64,000 bases of DNA from a virus: positions 1,353-65,352 of the IMG/VR virus record IMGVR_UViG_3300046051_000044. One strand, 5' to 3'. The translations under genes and the position numbers were made by a program. Positions within the stretch are counted from its first letter, which is position 1, and each line of letters starts with the position of its first letter. The notes below the pieces were generated by a model. It was not told where the DNA came from, made no database searches, and worked only from the letters and a program-made list of their open reading frames with translations. This document shows, one piece after another, positions 47,862 to 59,498 of the stretch.

Positions 47862-48110
47862 CTATAAGTCATCGTCGTGCGCCAATACTTGGCGCGCGTT
47901 CGGGTCGTCGGGAGCTGGCCGTGTCTCGACGACGGCCGCCGACTCCAGCCGGGAGACCGCCCACCGCACGGTCGACGGCGAGAGCCACTGCTGGAGGTCC
48001 GTCGTCGTGAGCGGGCCGTGCATCGCCACGAGAACGTAGACGAGAGTTGCACTCGGCGGGAGGTCCGCCACGGAGTCGGGACAGTCGAGTCGGGTGAGAT
48101 CGCCAGTCAT
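47862..48110 (-). CDS. Winged-helix DNA-binding protein
   Basis: LPPSATLVYVLV...GPLTTTDL...STVRWAVSRLE...DDPNARQ. Confidence 0.7.
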   Translation of the reverse strand: MTGDLTRLDCPDSVADLPPSATLVYVLVAMHGPLTTTDLQQWLSPSTVRWAVSRLESAAVVETRPAPDDPNARQVLAHDDDL

Positions 48111-48345
48111 CTAGTGTCGATTGCGGCGGATGACGGGAGCCGCCCAGCCCCGAGGGAGGCACGCCATCAAATTCTGATGACGGGGAGATTCACTCCGTCA
48201 CCTTCTGACGGCCGCCGATCGCGACGCTTCGGCGACGCTTCGGTCGACGCACCTCACGCTACCGCTACTACACTAATACTACTACACTTGCACTAGAGAC
48301 AACTCTAGTGGAGAGGTGGCGGCTTCCCGACCCCGTGTGAGGGCA

Positions 48346-48978
48346 TCAGCGACCCCCTCCAGCGCGGTTCTCCGTCATCAAATTCTGATGGAGGTCATTC
48401 ATCGTCAAATCGTCCGCGTCAAGTTCGAGGCGGCTCTGCCCTCCGCCGAGCGACCCGCTGGCGAACGTGATGCCATCAAACGGCTTGATATCACTCGATC
48501 CGTTCCCGAGATCGGCGTCGTGTCCGTCGGCGGCCCGCTTCATCGCATCGAGGACCGTGCCGTTGTGAAGTCCACCGCCCAGCGAGGACTCGGCTTCGTC
48601 CCGCGTCAGGCAGGCCTTCCCGTCGTTGTTCTTCCCCTTGTTCCAGAGGACTTGCCGGAGGTGCATTGCTCGCTCGTCGGGGGTGGCGCTGCTCCCGTCC
48701 TCGACGACGAACATCTCAAACTTCTCGTCGTGACTGGCGACGGTGTCTTCAACACTACTGAGTCGATCTGCGATCGGCTCCATCTCTTCGGGCGTCCACC
48801 CGCTGAATTCGTCCTCGTCCCCTGCAAGCGCGACGGCGAGTGTGTCGATCCGGCGATGGGCGGCCTCGGCGTGCGCCTTTGTTTCGTTGAGTTCCTTCCG
48901 CAGCTCCCGAACGGTCTGGATCAACTCGTCGCGAGTCATCGCGTCCGGATCCGACACGCGGTGCATGTCGGAGCTCAT
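48346..48978 (-). CDS. Coiled-coil / wHTH-like hypothetical protein
   Basis: N-terminal heptads; 210 aa. Confidence 0.65.
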   Translation of the reverse strand: MSSDMHRVSDPDAMTRDELIQTVRELRKELNETKAHAEAAHRRIDTLAVALAGDEDEFSGWTPEEMEPIADRLSSVEDTVASHDEKFEMFVVEDGSSATPDERAMHLRQVLWNKGKNNDGKACLTRDEAESSLGGGLHNGTVLDAMKRAADGHDADLGNGSSDIKPFDGITFASGSLGGGQSRLELDADDLTMNDLHQNLMTENRAGGGR

Positions 48979-49583
48979 GGGGCACACCTCACGTAGTCCG
49001 GCAGTGGTTGATACACGTCGCCTTGCCGGCGGAGTTTCTCGATTGCGTGCTCTGCTTTGCTCCGGTCCATGCCGAGGGCCTGCGCTCGGTTGAGAATGGA
49101 CTCGACCGGAGCTCCCTCATCGTGCTCCTGCTCTAGTTCGGAGATAAGGTCCGCAACGATTTCGACGCGGTCGTCGGCGTCGAGCGGCCCGTCGTAGATG
49201 TCTGGACTGAGCGACTCTGCCGCCTCTTGGTTGGCCTCTTCAGCGATGTCTTCGGGCGTGACGCCTGCGCCATAATCCTCGCGGATCTGCTTTGCTGACT
49301 GCCCGATCTCCTCCGAAACCTGCTGGCTTAGTTCGTTGAGTTCTTGCGAGATATTCTCAACAACGTACTGAATGGTCTCGTCGATCTCGGCAACCCCGAT
49401 GGTCTTGTAAAACTCATCATCGTAAAGCCGTTCCAGTTTCTCGTGGCACGTTGGGCAGACGTCGACGAGATTATGGCCGGCATCGCTCCCGTTGAACCGC
49501 CGCGGGACGATATGGTGGTTCTCGAGGATGTCGTCACTCTCATCGCAGAAGTAACAGTCCTCGCGGGGGTGGGGCCCACTCAT
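48975..49583 (-). CDS. HNH endonuclease fused to MCM-like C-terminal winged helix
   Basis: CYFC...HHIVPRRFNG...NLVDVCPTCH; C-terminal EGAPVESILNRAQALGMDRSKAEHAIEKLRRQGDVYQP. Confidence 0.75.
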   Translation of the reverse strand: MSGPHPREDCYFCDESDDILENHHIVPRRFNGSDAGHNLVDVCPTCHEKLERLYDDEFYKTIGVAEIDETIQYVVENISQELNELSQQVSEEIGQSAKQIREDYGAGVTPEDIAEEANQEAAESLSPDIYDGPLDADDRVEIVADLISELEQEHDEGAPVESILNRAQALGMDRSKAEHAIEKLRRQGDVYQPLPDYVRCAP

Positions 49584-49916
49584 CGCCCACCCACCCGTTT
49601 TCGGCAGCGAACGCACTCGTCGTCGACGATGCCGCCCCCACACGTCGGGCAGTAGTCGGCGGTGATGCCGCGGACGGGCGTCACGCCGACCACCCCCTTA
49701 TCGATGTGTAGGAGAAACAGTTATCTGCTGCACCCTCTAGTATCCAGTACGGGCTACTGCCCGCGCGGTTGCGTGCGTACATGGTCAGATCGCGCGACCC
49801 TCGGTGCGAGTGCGCAAACACTCGCGCCCTTTTCAGGACGAGACGAAGGCCGTTAGCGTATGCTATGGCGTCGCGTGCATATGAAGGTTCGCAAACGTCA
49901 GAGCGACGGAGTCTTT

Positions 49917-50500
49917 TCATGCTCGCTCACCCGTTCCAGTCCCCGCACAGCCCTGTCGGAGATGCTGGCCGAGATTCGTCGTCGTGTGCTGGCCACAGAC
50001 GGGACACTCGACGGGGTCGGCGCCGGCGTCGTCGCGGTCGTGCCCACAGCGGCCTTTGAGATGCTTGTTGATGATCCGCGTCGTCCACTCCGTCTCGTCG
50101 GCGAGCGCGCCCGCGAGCGCGCCTGCCGCCGCCCGCTCGCGCAGGCGCTCGCACTCGGCGGGCGAGATCCAGTCGTTGGGGGTGTCGAGGCTCACGCGGG
50201 CTCACCTCCATCCTCGGCGTCCGCCGCGGGGCAGTCGGCCACGAGGTGGGTCGGCAGGTTGTTGCCGATCGTGGTGCCACACAGCGGGCAGTCGCGTCCG
50301 ACGGCGCTGTCGGCATTCGGGGCGGCGCGGACGCTCTCGTCGGCATGCGCACACCGGCCATAGACGTGATCGCCGATGGTCCGCTGGGCCCACTCGACGT
50401 CGCGGGCGATCTCGCGGGGCGTCGCGCCCGCTGCGGCGCGCTCGCGCATCGACTCGCACTCGGCGGCCGAGACGACGGCTGCGCGCGTATCATTCGTCAT
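49917..50500 (-). CDS. Two tandem paralogous small Zn-finger/HTH proteins (49917-50195, 50192-50500)
   Basis: Both have S(P/A)AECExxRERAAAG...EW..R.I..H..GRCxH plus a C-terminal CPxCG...L..HL finger. Confidence 0.7.
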
Positions 50501-53500
50501 AGTCGGCCTCCATGTCTACTGAGCGATCGTCATCGACCACAACACGGTGCAATCTAATCAACTCATCAACGTCGAAAACCGTGCCGTCATCGCTATCCAT
50601 CCCAAGCGTTTCACGGATTTCTGCGCGGATCTCCGTGGTTGTGAGTCCAAGTTGACCGTGGAACGTCGCTTCGCAGATGTCACAGCGGTCAAAGAATCTC
50701 TCCGCTTCTTCGATCTCCGCAGTTTGCGCGGAGCCTCCGATGGACTTGCCCCAGCTATCTGACCTACAGACGGGGCCGTTCCCTCGCGAGATGTGATACA
50801 CATCGCTTTCAGGGAGTCTGACGGCGCATAGTTCAGTTCCGCTCGGCGACTGTTCGGCCGTCTCGTCACGAGCCTCGCCGTCTGTGCCTGTCTCAGTCAT
50901 GCAGTTATCCCCTCTGCGACGATATGTCTCCATCCGAGCGCCGTTACCGACGCCGGCGGGTCGATGACCATCGGTGGGGAGAAAAGCACCCGCCCGACAG
51001 TCTCGCCGCGGTCACTCATCGGCACGCACCTCGTTGAGTCGCTCCTCGTTCATCCAGCTCCCACACTCGGGACACGTCGTCGGCGCGTCCTCGCAGACGT
51101 GCTCGCACGCCTGACAGACGATATGCTTGGCGTCGGTGCGCTCGACGGTCGCGTCCGTGCAGTCGGTGTGCGGAGATGTGACGTGGCCGGCCGCGAAGCG
51201 TTGCGCGCGCTCGCGGGTCGCCACTTCAATGGCGTCGCCGCAGTCTTCGCAGTTTACGCGCCACATCACCGGTCACCCCCTGGCCCGGCGGCGAAGAGTT
51301 CGCCGCGCAGCCAGTTGTCCCAGATCGCCGAGACGCGATAGCAGGTGACGACTCGGAACTCCATGCGGACGAACACCATCGACCAGCCGTCGCCGTGATA
51401 GACGCGGACTTCGTCGGGCGGGCCACGCCCCGCGTCGAAGTGATCGTGAAAGCGCAGGCGGCCGACGCTGTGGGCGTCGGCCCAGGCGGTCTCGGGCGCG
51501 ACGGCCCCTGGCGGCGCGCGCTCGTCCCAGCGCCCCGCCTCGGCGGTGACATGCTGGGCGAGCGTGGTCTCGGCGTCAAGCCCGATGGCGGGCGCACGAG
51601 CCGTGCTCACTGGCGATCCCTCCGGGCGCTCCGAGCGCCCGTGCCGGCGAGATCCGCGCCACACTGGGGACAGCGATAGGGGCACTGCGAGACGTGCCCA
51701 CAACTGCACTCGCGACGGACGCGATTAGATGTGAAGACGTCCCAGGTCACGTCCCGTCACCCCCGCGGTCGGCGGCCTCGCGACGCACCCACGTTTCGGT
51801 GCAGGGATCGCACCACTCGTAATATCCGGGCGGATAGGCGCTCGGGGGCTTGCGATACCAGCCCTTCGCGGCCTGGCCACAGAGCGGCGCGTCCGTGTCG
51901 TCGTCGACGGGCAGATGGAACAGCCCGCGGCCATTGACCGACGTGTTGATAATCAATTCGTCCGCGACCTGCCGCATCGTCGCCGCGGCCACCTCGAAGC
52001 CCGCGAAGCGACACCGATGGCACTGCGGGATGCCGTCGTCGACGTCGTCGCGGGGCCGCTCGTCGAAGGAATCGCTGAGGAGATGCTGGCAGTCGTCGCG
52101 CGTGTGATAGACGATCGACTGGTTTCGCGAGACGAGGACGGTCTCGCAGTCGGCCTCGGCGGGCGGGATCTCGATCTCGCCGAGCGGGCTGGCGGCGCGG
52201 CTCATCGATTCGCCTCCGTGGTGACGCCCGCGGGGAGTGCGATCTCGTCGGGGTCGATCTCCCAGACGTATTTGCTGTTTTTCCCGCCCCAGCGTTCGAT
52301 GGCGACGCCATCGGCGTGCTCGTCGAGCGTGCGAATGATCGGGACGGCCACTTGCGTCGACCACGGCAGCGGCGCCGCGAATTCGCCCATCGTCGCGTAC
52401 CACCTCCCACCCGTTTCGTCGGCGCGTGCGCGAAGGCGGTCTGTGACGGCCTGATAGGCCGGATCGCACATGAGGTGGCCGCGCTCGGGCGCGTCGACGT
52501 GGTCGCAGGCGCCACGGAGATGCCGACGCACGCGGGTTTTGTGCGTGTGGAGGCGACTCGCGACCCGCTGGATCGAGTCGCCGCCGCTGCGCTGCTCGCG
52601 CACCCACGTGCAGACGGCGTCGTCGATAACGACGACGGGTGTGGGGCCGTTCGGGACACGCGTCCACTCGACATCGGCGTCGATATCGAGGCTGCGGGGT
52701 TCCTCGCGTGTCGTACTCATTCGCACTCACCCCCATCGCCAACTCCGCAGGCATAGCACCACCCGCCCGGCAGGACGCTATGTCGCTCCGCGCCACACCG
52801 CGAACACTGCGCTCGTCCACCCCCGATGGCGGACTCGGCCCATCTCATGGGCGACCCTCCGCCGGCGCGTCTTCGAGCGCCGGAACGTGACGATAGCTAC
52901 ACATATCACACAGTCGGCCGTCGGCGCGCGTGGCGGCCGCGAGTCGGACCGACTCGATGTTCTCGCTGTCGGCCTGCCGGAGCCGCCGGCAGTGATATCG
53001 CCGATGGTAGACGTTCGAGTTCGTCGACCACCAGACGTGCTCGGTCACGCGTCGTCACCCCTGTCATCCCACTTCGCTTCGTCGCGCTGCGAGTCACAGA
53101 CGATACACAGCCGGGCACCGTCTTCGCGCTCGCGCGTGGTCGGGCTTTCGCGCCCGCACCCTTCGCACTCACCGCTCATCGCCACCCTCCGGACCGATGC
53201 GGACGGTCACATGCCCGGCGTCGGGCTCGCACTCGACGACGCGATAGTCCTGCCCGTCAAGCAGGTCGCGCGCGAGTTGGACGGCCGCCTCGGACGAGAG
53301 TTTGACCCAGGCGACCGCCGTCGCGTCGGTGGTTGCCCGGTCGTCGGTAATCCCGACCGAGAGTAGGTAGGCGCCGAAGTCCTTGTACTGGGCCTGGACG
53401 ACCCCCGCGCCGTAGAGTTCGTGGTCGGTCACGCCGTGGGACAGCGTGCATTCGCCGCGGATCGCGGCGACTGAGTCCGCTGCCTGTTGCTCAGACATGA

Positions 53501-55415
53501 TCGTCACCCCCGTCCCGAAGTGCCGCTCCTCCGGCAGCGTAGAGCAGGAACCCAGCCACAAGCGCCCCGACGACGAGCGCACCGGGACCACCGATCAGTT
53601 CACGAACGAGGTGGCCGATCCCCCACACAAGCCCACCGATCATCAACAGCGCGCCCAGATCTCGTGTGAAGATATAGACGGACTCGTTGCTCATCGCTGT
53701 CCTCCGTGCTTGTAGATCCGGATCTGCCCCCCCGTCGATCAGGAGACAGGCGTTTCGCCCCTCGAACGTGCCCTCAACGTTGAGATCGTCGCCGACCGCA
53801 ACGGAGCGCCCAACGCCGTCGAGCTCGCCCCCGCAGTTGGGGCAATAGGAATCCGACGAGAGTTCCTGGAGATCACTCATCGTGTCACCTCGCCGTGCGC
53901 GGTCGCCTCGTGGGCACGCCGCGCGAGGATCGACACCGACGCCCAGTCGCAGCCGTCGCGCCGGCAGTGCCGGAGCGTGCAAGTCTTACTCATCGCGACC
54001 ACCCACGGCGTCGACGACCGGCTGGAGATCTGCGATCAGGAGGCCTTCCTGCTCGTCGTACTCCAGCGGACACCTGACGGCACTGTCGAGGTCGGCGTGA
54101 TCGACGCCGAACGCGCGGAGGGGCCCCATCATTGAGACCAATAGGCCGCTGCCCTGCCCCGGCGTGAGGCTGTGTGACCCCCGGCCCTCTCCGCCGGGGG
54201 CAATCCCGAGGCGGTTCCCCCCGATGTTAGTATGGAGCCTGACGCGGCCGGCATCCCCCAACCAGCGCCGCACGGCGTGGCCATTGAACCGGGCCTGTCC
54301 GTTCGCATAGACTGATAGCATGGGGGTCGTGTGTGACCGGGCGTCGAATCGCGAGACCTCGGAGTCACTGGCCATCGCGATCACCCTGGAGGCCGGTATC
54401 CGCGAACGAGCGCCCACACCACGAGCAGTGCTGCGCCGCCAGCGAGCCAATCTCGCGACAGTCGGGGCAGACGCGCTTGTACTCGCCCGACAGCCCGTCG
54501 GGATGTATCGGACTCATGACGCTCTCACCGCCATTAGGAACAAGATCGTTGAGCTGACCACCCACACCGCGCCGATCCAGAACCACCCGACTGCGAAGAG
54601 GATCGTCCCGGCGGCGAGTGCGACCTGCGACTGGATCCAGAACGTGCCGGCGGTCATCTCACTGTCGTCGTTCATCCCCACCCCTCCAGGTCGACGGTCG
54701 CGCCCTGGTCGATCGGCACGCCGTCAGTTTGCTCGCGCAGGCGGCGATGCAACTTGCGACGCTCGTCGGCGTCCAGCTCGTCGACGAGACTGACGATCGT
54801 ATCGACGGGGTCGTCGCCGTCGGGACTCTCGTCGGTGCGCTCGCTGTCGTCGTCGGCACGCTCGTCGGCCGCCTCGGGCGACCGCGTGACCTGCGCCCGG
54901 ACGCCCAGGAGGCCGAGCCAGCCGCTATAAAACATCGTCCCGGCGACGACCCCCGCGCCGGCCCACGCCCACCACGGGACGGCGCTCACCGCTGCCCACC
55001 TCCGAGGGGCGATAGAGTGCCGGGCGTGTCTGTCGAAGCGATACCTTTCTTGTCGGTGGGAGTGGTAGCGTGCATTGCTCTCTTAGTGGGAGCACGACGG
55101 CTGGCCTCGCTGACAAGGTCAGAGCTGGCAGCGAGGCCACCGACCGTCGCGCAGGAGTTACTCGAAGTCGATACGCGCGTAGCTGACTGTCTCGTCGCGC
55201 TTGGCGTCGAAGAGCTCCCAGTGCTCGGCGTCGACGTCGACGCCGTTCCTTGCCTGGCGCGAACAACTCCGACACCAGGCGTGGGAGTTCGTCGGCTCCC
55301 AGTCAGTGTGGCCGTTGGGACACCGCAGCCGGTACGGCTCGCGCTCACGGTCGACGGCGAGACGGGCGCGGGCGTCACCAGCGCCGCTCCCGTCCGCGCA
55401 CTGGGACGGTGGCAT
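50490..55415 (-). other. Run of small, mostly Cys/His-rich early-type viral ORFs
   Basis: Coupled ORFs: 50490-50900, 51012-51269, 51266-51709, 51747-52205, 52202-52720, 52845-53048, 53169-53498, 53491-53880, 53986-54375, 54365-54586, 54672-54989, 55158-55415. Confidence 0.65.
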
Positions 55416-55917
55416 GACTCAACGCCACGGAGAGACAGCCTATAACCGTTTTTCTGCCCCAGGGTGGAAGTGACTCGCACCCGTGGCGCCCGCTGAAGAG
55501 CCGCGATCCTCCACAGCGGCGTACTTCTACCGAAAACGCCTCGGTGAATGTGAAACCATTTCTGTCGTGGCGAGGGTGACTGTAGAAATCCGGGGTTAAC
55601 AGGGCTGTGCCTGCTGTATCCGGCCGCATATTTTTCAGGGTTGAGGTGCTGGGCTATCATAGGCGGGTCACTCTTCGTGAACCACGCCCCCTCGTGTGTC
55701 AGCACGAGGGTGATCCCCCGGCTCGGGGGGCACCTTTTACAGGGCGCCGGCAACGGGGGAGAGCGTGGTCCATGTGACTTGTTGTACCACACCCACTAAT
55801 ACTTTACCAAGGAGTACTTAGGATTGAATTAGGAAGGCTTGTGAAAAACAATGCACACCCTTGATAATTCACGGAAACAGAGGATATAACATGGGTGGAC
55901 CCCCACGCAGAGACGAT

Positions 55918-56184
55918 ATGCGCGATTCCGGGGGACGGTTGACACAACTTGACGAGCGGATCCTCGAATTGATCCGCGAACACGGCAATCTAACTCCGGG
56001 GGCACTCGCCAAATTCACCGGGAAGAACTCTGACTATATCTCCAGCCGCGCCTCGCGGCTTGTGAAACTCGAACTCCTCACCCGGATCCATCACGGGCTC
56101 TACGGCATCACCGAAATGGGGGAGGCATTCCTTGATGAAGAACTCAACCCGGGAGAACTGCCACCAGACTTGGACAAGAAGTGA
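55918..56184 (+). CDS. phiH1-repressor-like winged-helix regulator
   Basis: MRDSGGRLTQLDERILELIREHGNLTPGAL...YISSRASRLVKLELL...GLYGITEMGEAFLDEEL; divergent from the early run. Confidence 0.8.
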   Translation: MRDSGGRLTQLDERILELIREHGNLTPGALAKFTGKNSDYISSRASRLVKLELLTRIHHGLYGITEMGEAFLDEELNPGELPPDLDKK

Positions 56185-56329
56185 CCTCGCTGTCTGACCC
56201 CACCACCTTCTGAATTGTCGGCACTCTGAGTTACCCCCACGATCCGAATAGCGCCTAGACGAATGGGGGTAACGGGTAAGACGAATCGGTGGGAGCCAGT
56301 CTGCTGGAGAAACTGAATGAGGAGGGTGG

Positions 56330-57073
56330 TTACGCCGACTTGATTTCGAGTGACCACTCGCCGTCCGCGTTGATATTTACGTATCCGACGTTCTCGATTC
56401 GCTCGGAAGTCTGCCCCTCGAAATCGCCGGTCTCGTTGAACACGACCGTCCCAATGGCCATCCCGAGGTCGTCCAGCTCAAGCGGGACCGTCTGGACGAT
56501 GAAATTACTATCACCGCTGTGACTGCCGGTGAACTCCGTCACACCTTCAAATTCGATGGGGCCGATATACGTGGGCCCGTTGCCGCTCTCCTCGACAGGC
56601 AGGGAGGCTGGATCGACGTCCCGGGGCTGAGCGAGCGTGATCGACCAGTCGCCATCGGCGTCGACGTTCATGCGGTAGGTCCCGGGCTGGACACCGACGG
56701 CGGTCCCGCCAGAGACACTCCCGATCTGATTCACGAGCCCGGTATCGCGTGCATCTTCACCCTCGACGGCGAGGAGGTCGACGATGAAATTCGACTCGCC
56801 GGAGTGCTCGAAGTCGACGACTGTCGCGCCACCGACCAATTCGAAGTTGTCGGTCGTGTCGGTTCCCGATCCCGAGAAGTCCATCGCCTCGGTGCCTGCC
56901 GCCTGCGCCGTCTCGGTCGGCTGCTCCGTCTGCGTCTCAGTATCCCCGGCCTCGGTTGTTGCCGGTTGCTCGCCGCCATCGCCGCCATCGCTACTACTCT
57001 CTCCGTCCTCGCTGGCGCACCCAGCGAGACCGAGCGCCAGTGCCGTGGTCGAGAGATAGCTTCGCCGTCGCAT
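56330..57073 (-). CDS. Tat-exported lipoprotein with two repeated beta domains
   Basis: MRRRSYL...LAGC lipobox; internal duplication (FSGSG...HSGESNFIV / ESGNG...HSGDSNFIV, each ending ADG(D/E)WS). Confidence 0.85.
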   Translation of the reverse strand: MRRRSYLSTTALALGLAGCASEDGESSSDGGDGGEQPATTEAGDTETQTEQPTETAQAAGTEAMDFSGSGTDTTDNFELVGGATVVDFEHSGESNFIVDLLAVEGEDARDTGLVNQIGSVSGGTAVGVQPGTYRMNVDADGDWSITLAQPRDVDPASLPVEESGNGPTYIGPIEFEGVTEFTGSHSGDSNFIVQTVPLELDDLGMAIGTVVFNETGDFEGQTSERIENVGYVNINADGEWSLEIKSA

Positions 57074-57546
57074 ACGGAGTCTGTTGTAGCAAAATCAGCA
57101 TATATAGCCACCGGTAGCTACACTATCAGATTTAGCAATCCGTCGTTCCCCTACAGTTCGGATTTGGATTTTAGCGTCTATTTTCATCGCTCAGCGCCGA
57201 ACTCGGGGCCGGCGCCCCCGACGACACCGAGCGTAAGAGTGAAGTCCCCGCCCCTCGTAGGGGCGGTGACGATTGCCTGGCCGGCGTCGTCGAATTCCGT
57301 CTTGTCCGCGGCGCTCTGGGCGTGTTTGGCCACGCCCGTCATCGCGCCGTTCGATGCCACTCCTCCCAGAGCCATCATCAGGATGCCTCGTGTTCTCCGT
57401 AGACATCAGCGAGTTCATCGATGAAAGATGTGCCCTTGCATGAAGGTCAAGTCATATTCAAGGGCGACTTCGACGAAAACGACGGCGACTAACGTCAGCC
57501 GAGCGTCTGACGAAGAGTATTGCATCAGGCCGATGCAGGCCTGCAT

Positions 57547-57924
57547 ATGGGCCGCATCACGTTTACAGCAGAGTCTCAGCACGAGGACATCATCGAATCG
57601 GTCCAGTCCGAGGACGGTGTCGAGAGCACGTCCGAAGCCGTCCGGGAGTGCATCACCAGATATGCAGCCCTGCAACAGCGCGTTGCAGACCTGCAACAGG
57701 ACCTCGAAGCCGCCGAAGCCCGCCAGGACGACCTCCGCCGCCAGCTCCAGGCGGCGAACAGTCGCAACGAGGACCACCAAGAACTCGTCGAGTACGTCCA
57801 AGATGAGCGCCGGCTGCAACGCCAGCGCGAGGAACGCAAGCGGATGAAAGAGACAGCTGGCGTGCTCACCCGCGCGAAGTGGTGGGTGACGGGGCTGCCC
57901 GACCCCGAGTCGGACGACGAGTAG
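57547..57924 (+). CDS. Ribbon-helix-helix + coiled-coil protein
   Basis: RITFTAE...STSEAVRECI, followed by a long coiled coil. Confidence 0.7.
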   Translation: MGRITFTAESQHEDIIESVQSEDGVESTSEAVRECITRYAALQQRVADLQQDLEAAEARQDDLRRQLQAANSRNEDHQELVEYVQDERRLQRQREERKRMKETAGVLTRAKWWVTGLPDPESDDE

Positions 57925-57987
57925 CCGGACGTGAGCGGCTGCCTTGGGGAAAATTCCGTCTTGGCGTCGGTCCGAGTAGAGATCTCG

Positions 57988-59496
57988 CTAGTGGCGCAAT
58001 TCGCGCCTCAGTACTTCGAGTTCGTTACGGATGATCTGCCGGATGTCGTCTTCATCAAGCGTATCCAACTCGTGAGGCCTGTCGTCCTCAAGCTCTTCCC
58101 GGGTAACACGACGAATCGTGTCTTCGATCTCGGGCGACTCTCCCGCAATATATTTCTCCCACGTTAGACCGAGTTCCTTTCTCCGCTCATTGTGCTTCTC
58201 ATAGAATTCTCGGCCTACTTTGATGTTTGCTCGATCCCGGCTCATCGGGTAGTTGTATTGAGTGCCTCGAGACAGTCGGAGCAGACGTTCTCTAGTCGCC
58301 ACTCATCTTCGCTATCAGCGTCGACGTTGATTTGGCGGTAGTGAACTGGCTGGGCGTCTGCTTCATGTCCACACTCTGCAACAGCATTCGAGCCGGGGAC
58401 GTGCATCATCCCGTCGTTCCCCGTCACCCAGTGTTCGGCGTCTGCTGGCGGCTGCGGATGCATTTCAGATCGCCTCCAGACGGCCTTCGGGATACGTGTA
58501 AACGGTCGTGCTGTCGTGGTTGCGAAGGTTCTTCGCAAAGACTGCCCCGAAGTCCTGCCCTCGACTGGCCTTCATGGATGCATCTTTTTCCATCACACCG
58601 ACCGTCTGGCTGTCCAACTCGTCGGCGAACACGATCTTAATGACTCGATCGTCGTTCGGATACGAGCTGTTGCACTTGGCAACGGTCTTGTCAATGGCCT
58701 CGATGTAGTATTCGTCTGCTCGCTCGTCGGTAACGCCCACCACGTAGGCTTCGCCGTCATCGCTTCCTTGTTCGACATCGTAGACGCGCTGGCCATCAGC
58801 GAACGCGTCGCCTGAGGTGTTCTGCCTCATGTGTATCCCCATGTATCCCACCGGCTTATAATTTGGGATACATGGGGATATACGGGGAGGTATCGGTCGT
58901 CTATCTTTCAGCGCGGAGAGAACCTCGGCGTTTACCGCGGAGAAGATGTCCTCGATCAAACCTCGCCGGGACGACACGGAGGAGGCGACTAGATATCCGG
59001 GCCGTGTTGCACGAGCCACTCGGAATTCGAGAGTTGCTCGTGATACGAGTTGATGTGATACGTGACCTGCGATCGGTCACGGCCGTCCTCTCCAAACCCG
59101 AGTTCTGCTGCAATCTCGCTGTAAGAGTGGCCCTGCTCCCGGAGCGCGACCACGTTCGCACGCTGCTCAGGGACGCCGTGCTCGCGAAGCTGTGCTGCCC
59201 GCTCGCGCCAGTCTTCAGTTGCCGGCTCACTCATCAGTATCTCCCTCCTGGTGAAGCTCGTGGACTTCCGTGACGCCAGTCAGTTCGGCCTCGCAGCGCG
59301 CACACCGGGGCATCTCCCGCTTTGGGATGCCCCCAGTCACAGGGACGAGATCGCCGCAGTCGGGACAGCCAAGGATCGTCGTTGCCTGCGGGAGCAGCTC
59401 CCGGAGGGACTCGGCGGCTTCACCTCCGAATCCCATATCGACTGTCTCGCCGGTGATGAATTCGACGCGGAACGTGGTGGTATGGTCGTCGGTCAT
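57988..59496 (-). other. Cluster of small ORFs including an HTH protein (58989-59234)
   Basis: 57988-58245, 58242-58463, 58465-58830, 58989-59234 (GHSYSEIAAELG...SQVTYHI), 59227-59496. Confidence 0.6.
58834..58880. promoter_or_regulatory. 17-bp perfect inverted repeat flanking a TATA box
   Basis: TATCCCCATGTATCCCA (58834-50) - CCGGCTTATAATT - TGGGATACATGGGGATA (58864-80), 4 nt upstream of the ATG at 58830. Confidence 0.8.
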
Positions 59497-59498
59497 CG

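Noticed and set aside
54986-55792. 268-aa ORF
   Set aside because: Composition is not gene-like, and it overlaps the credible 55158-55415 ORF.
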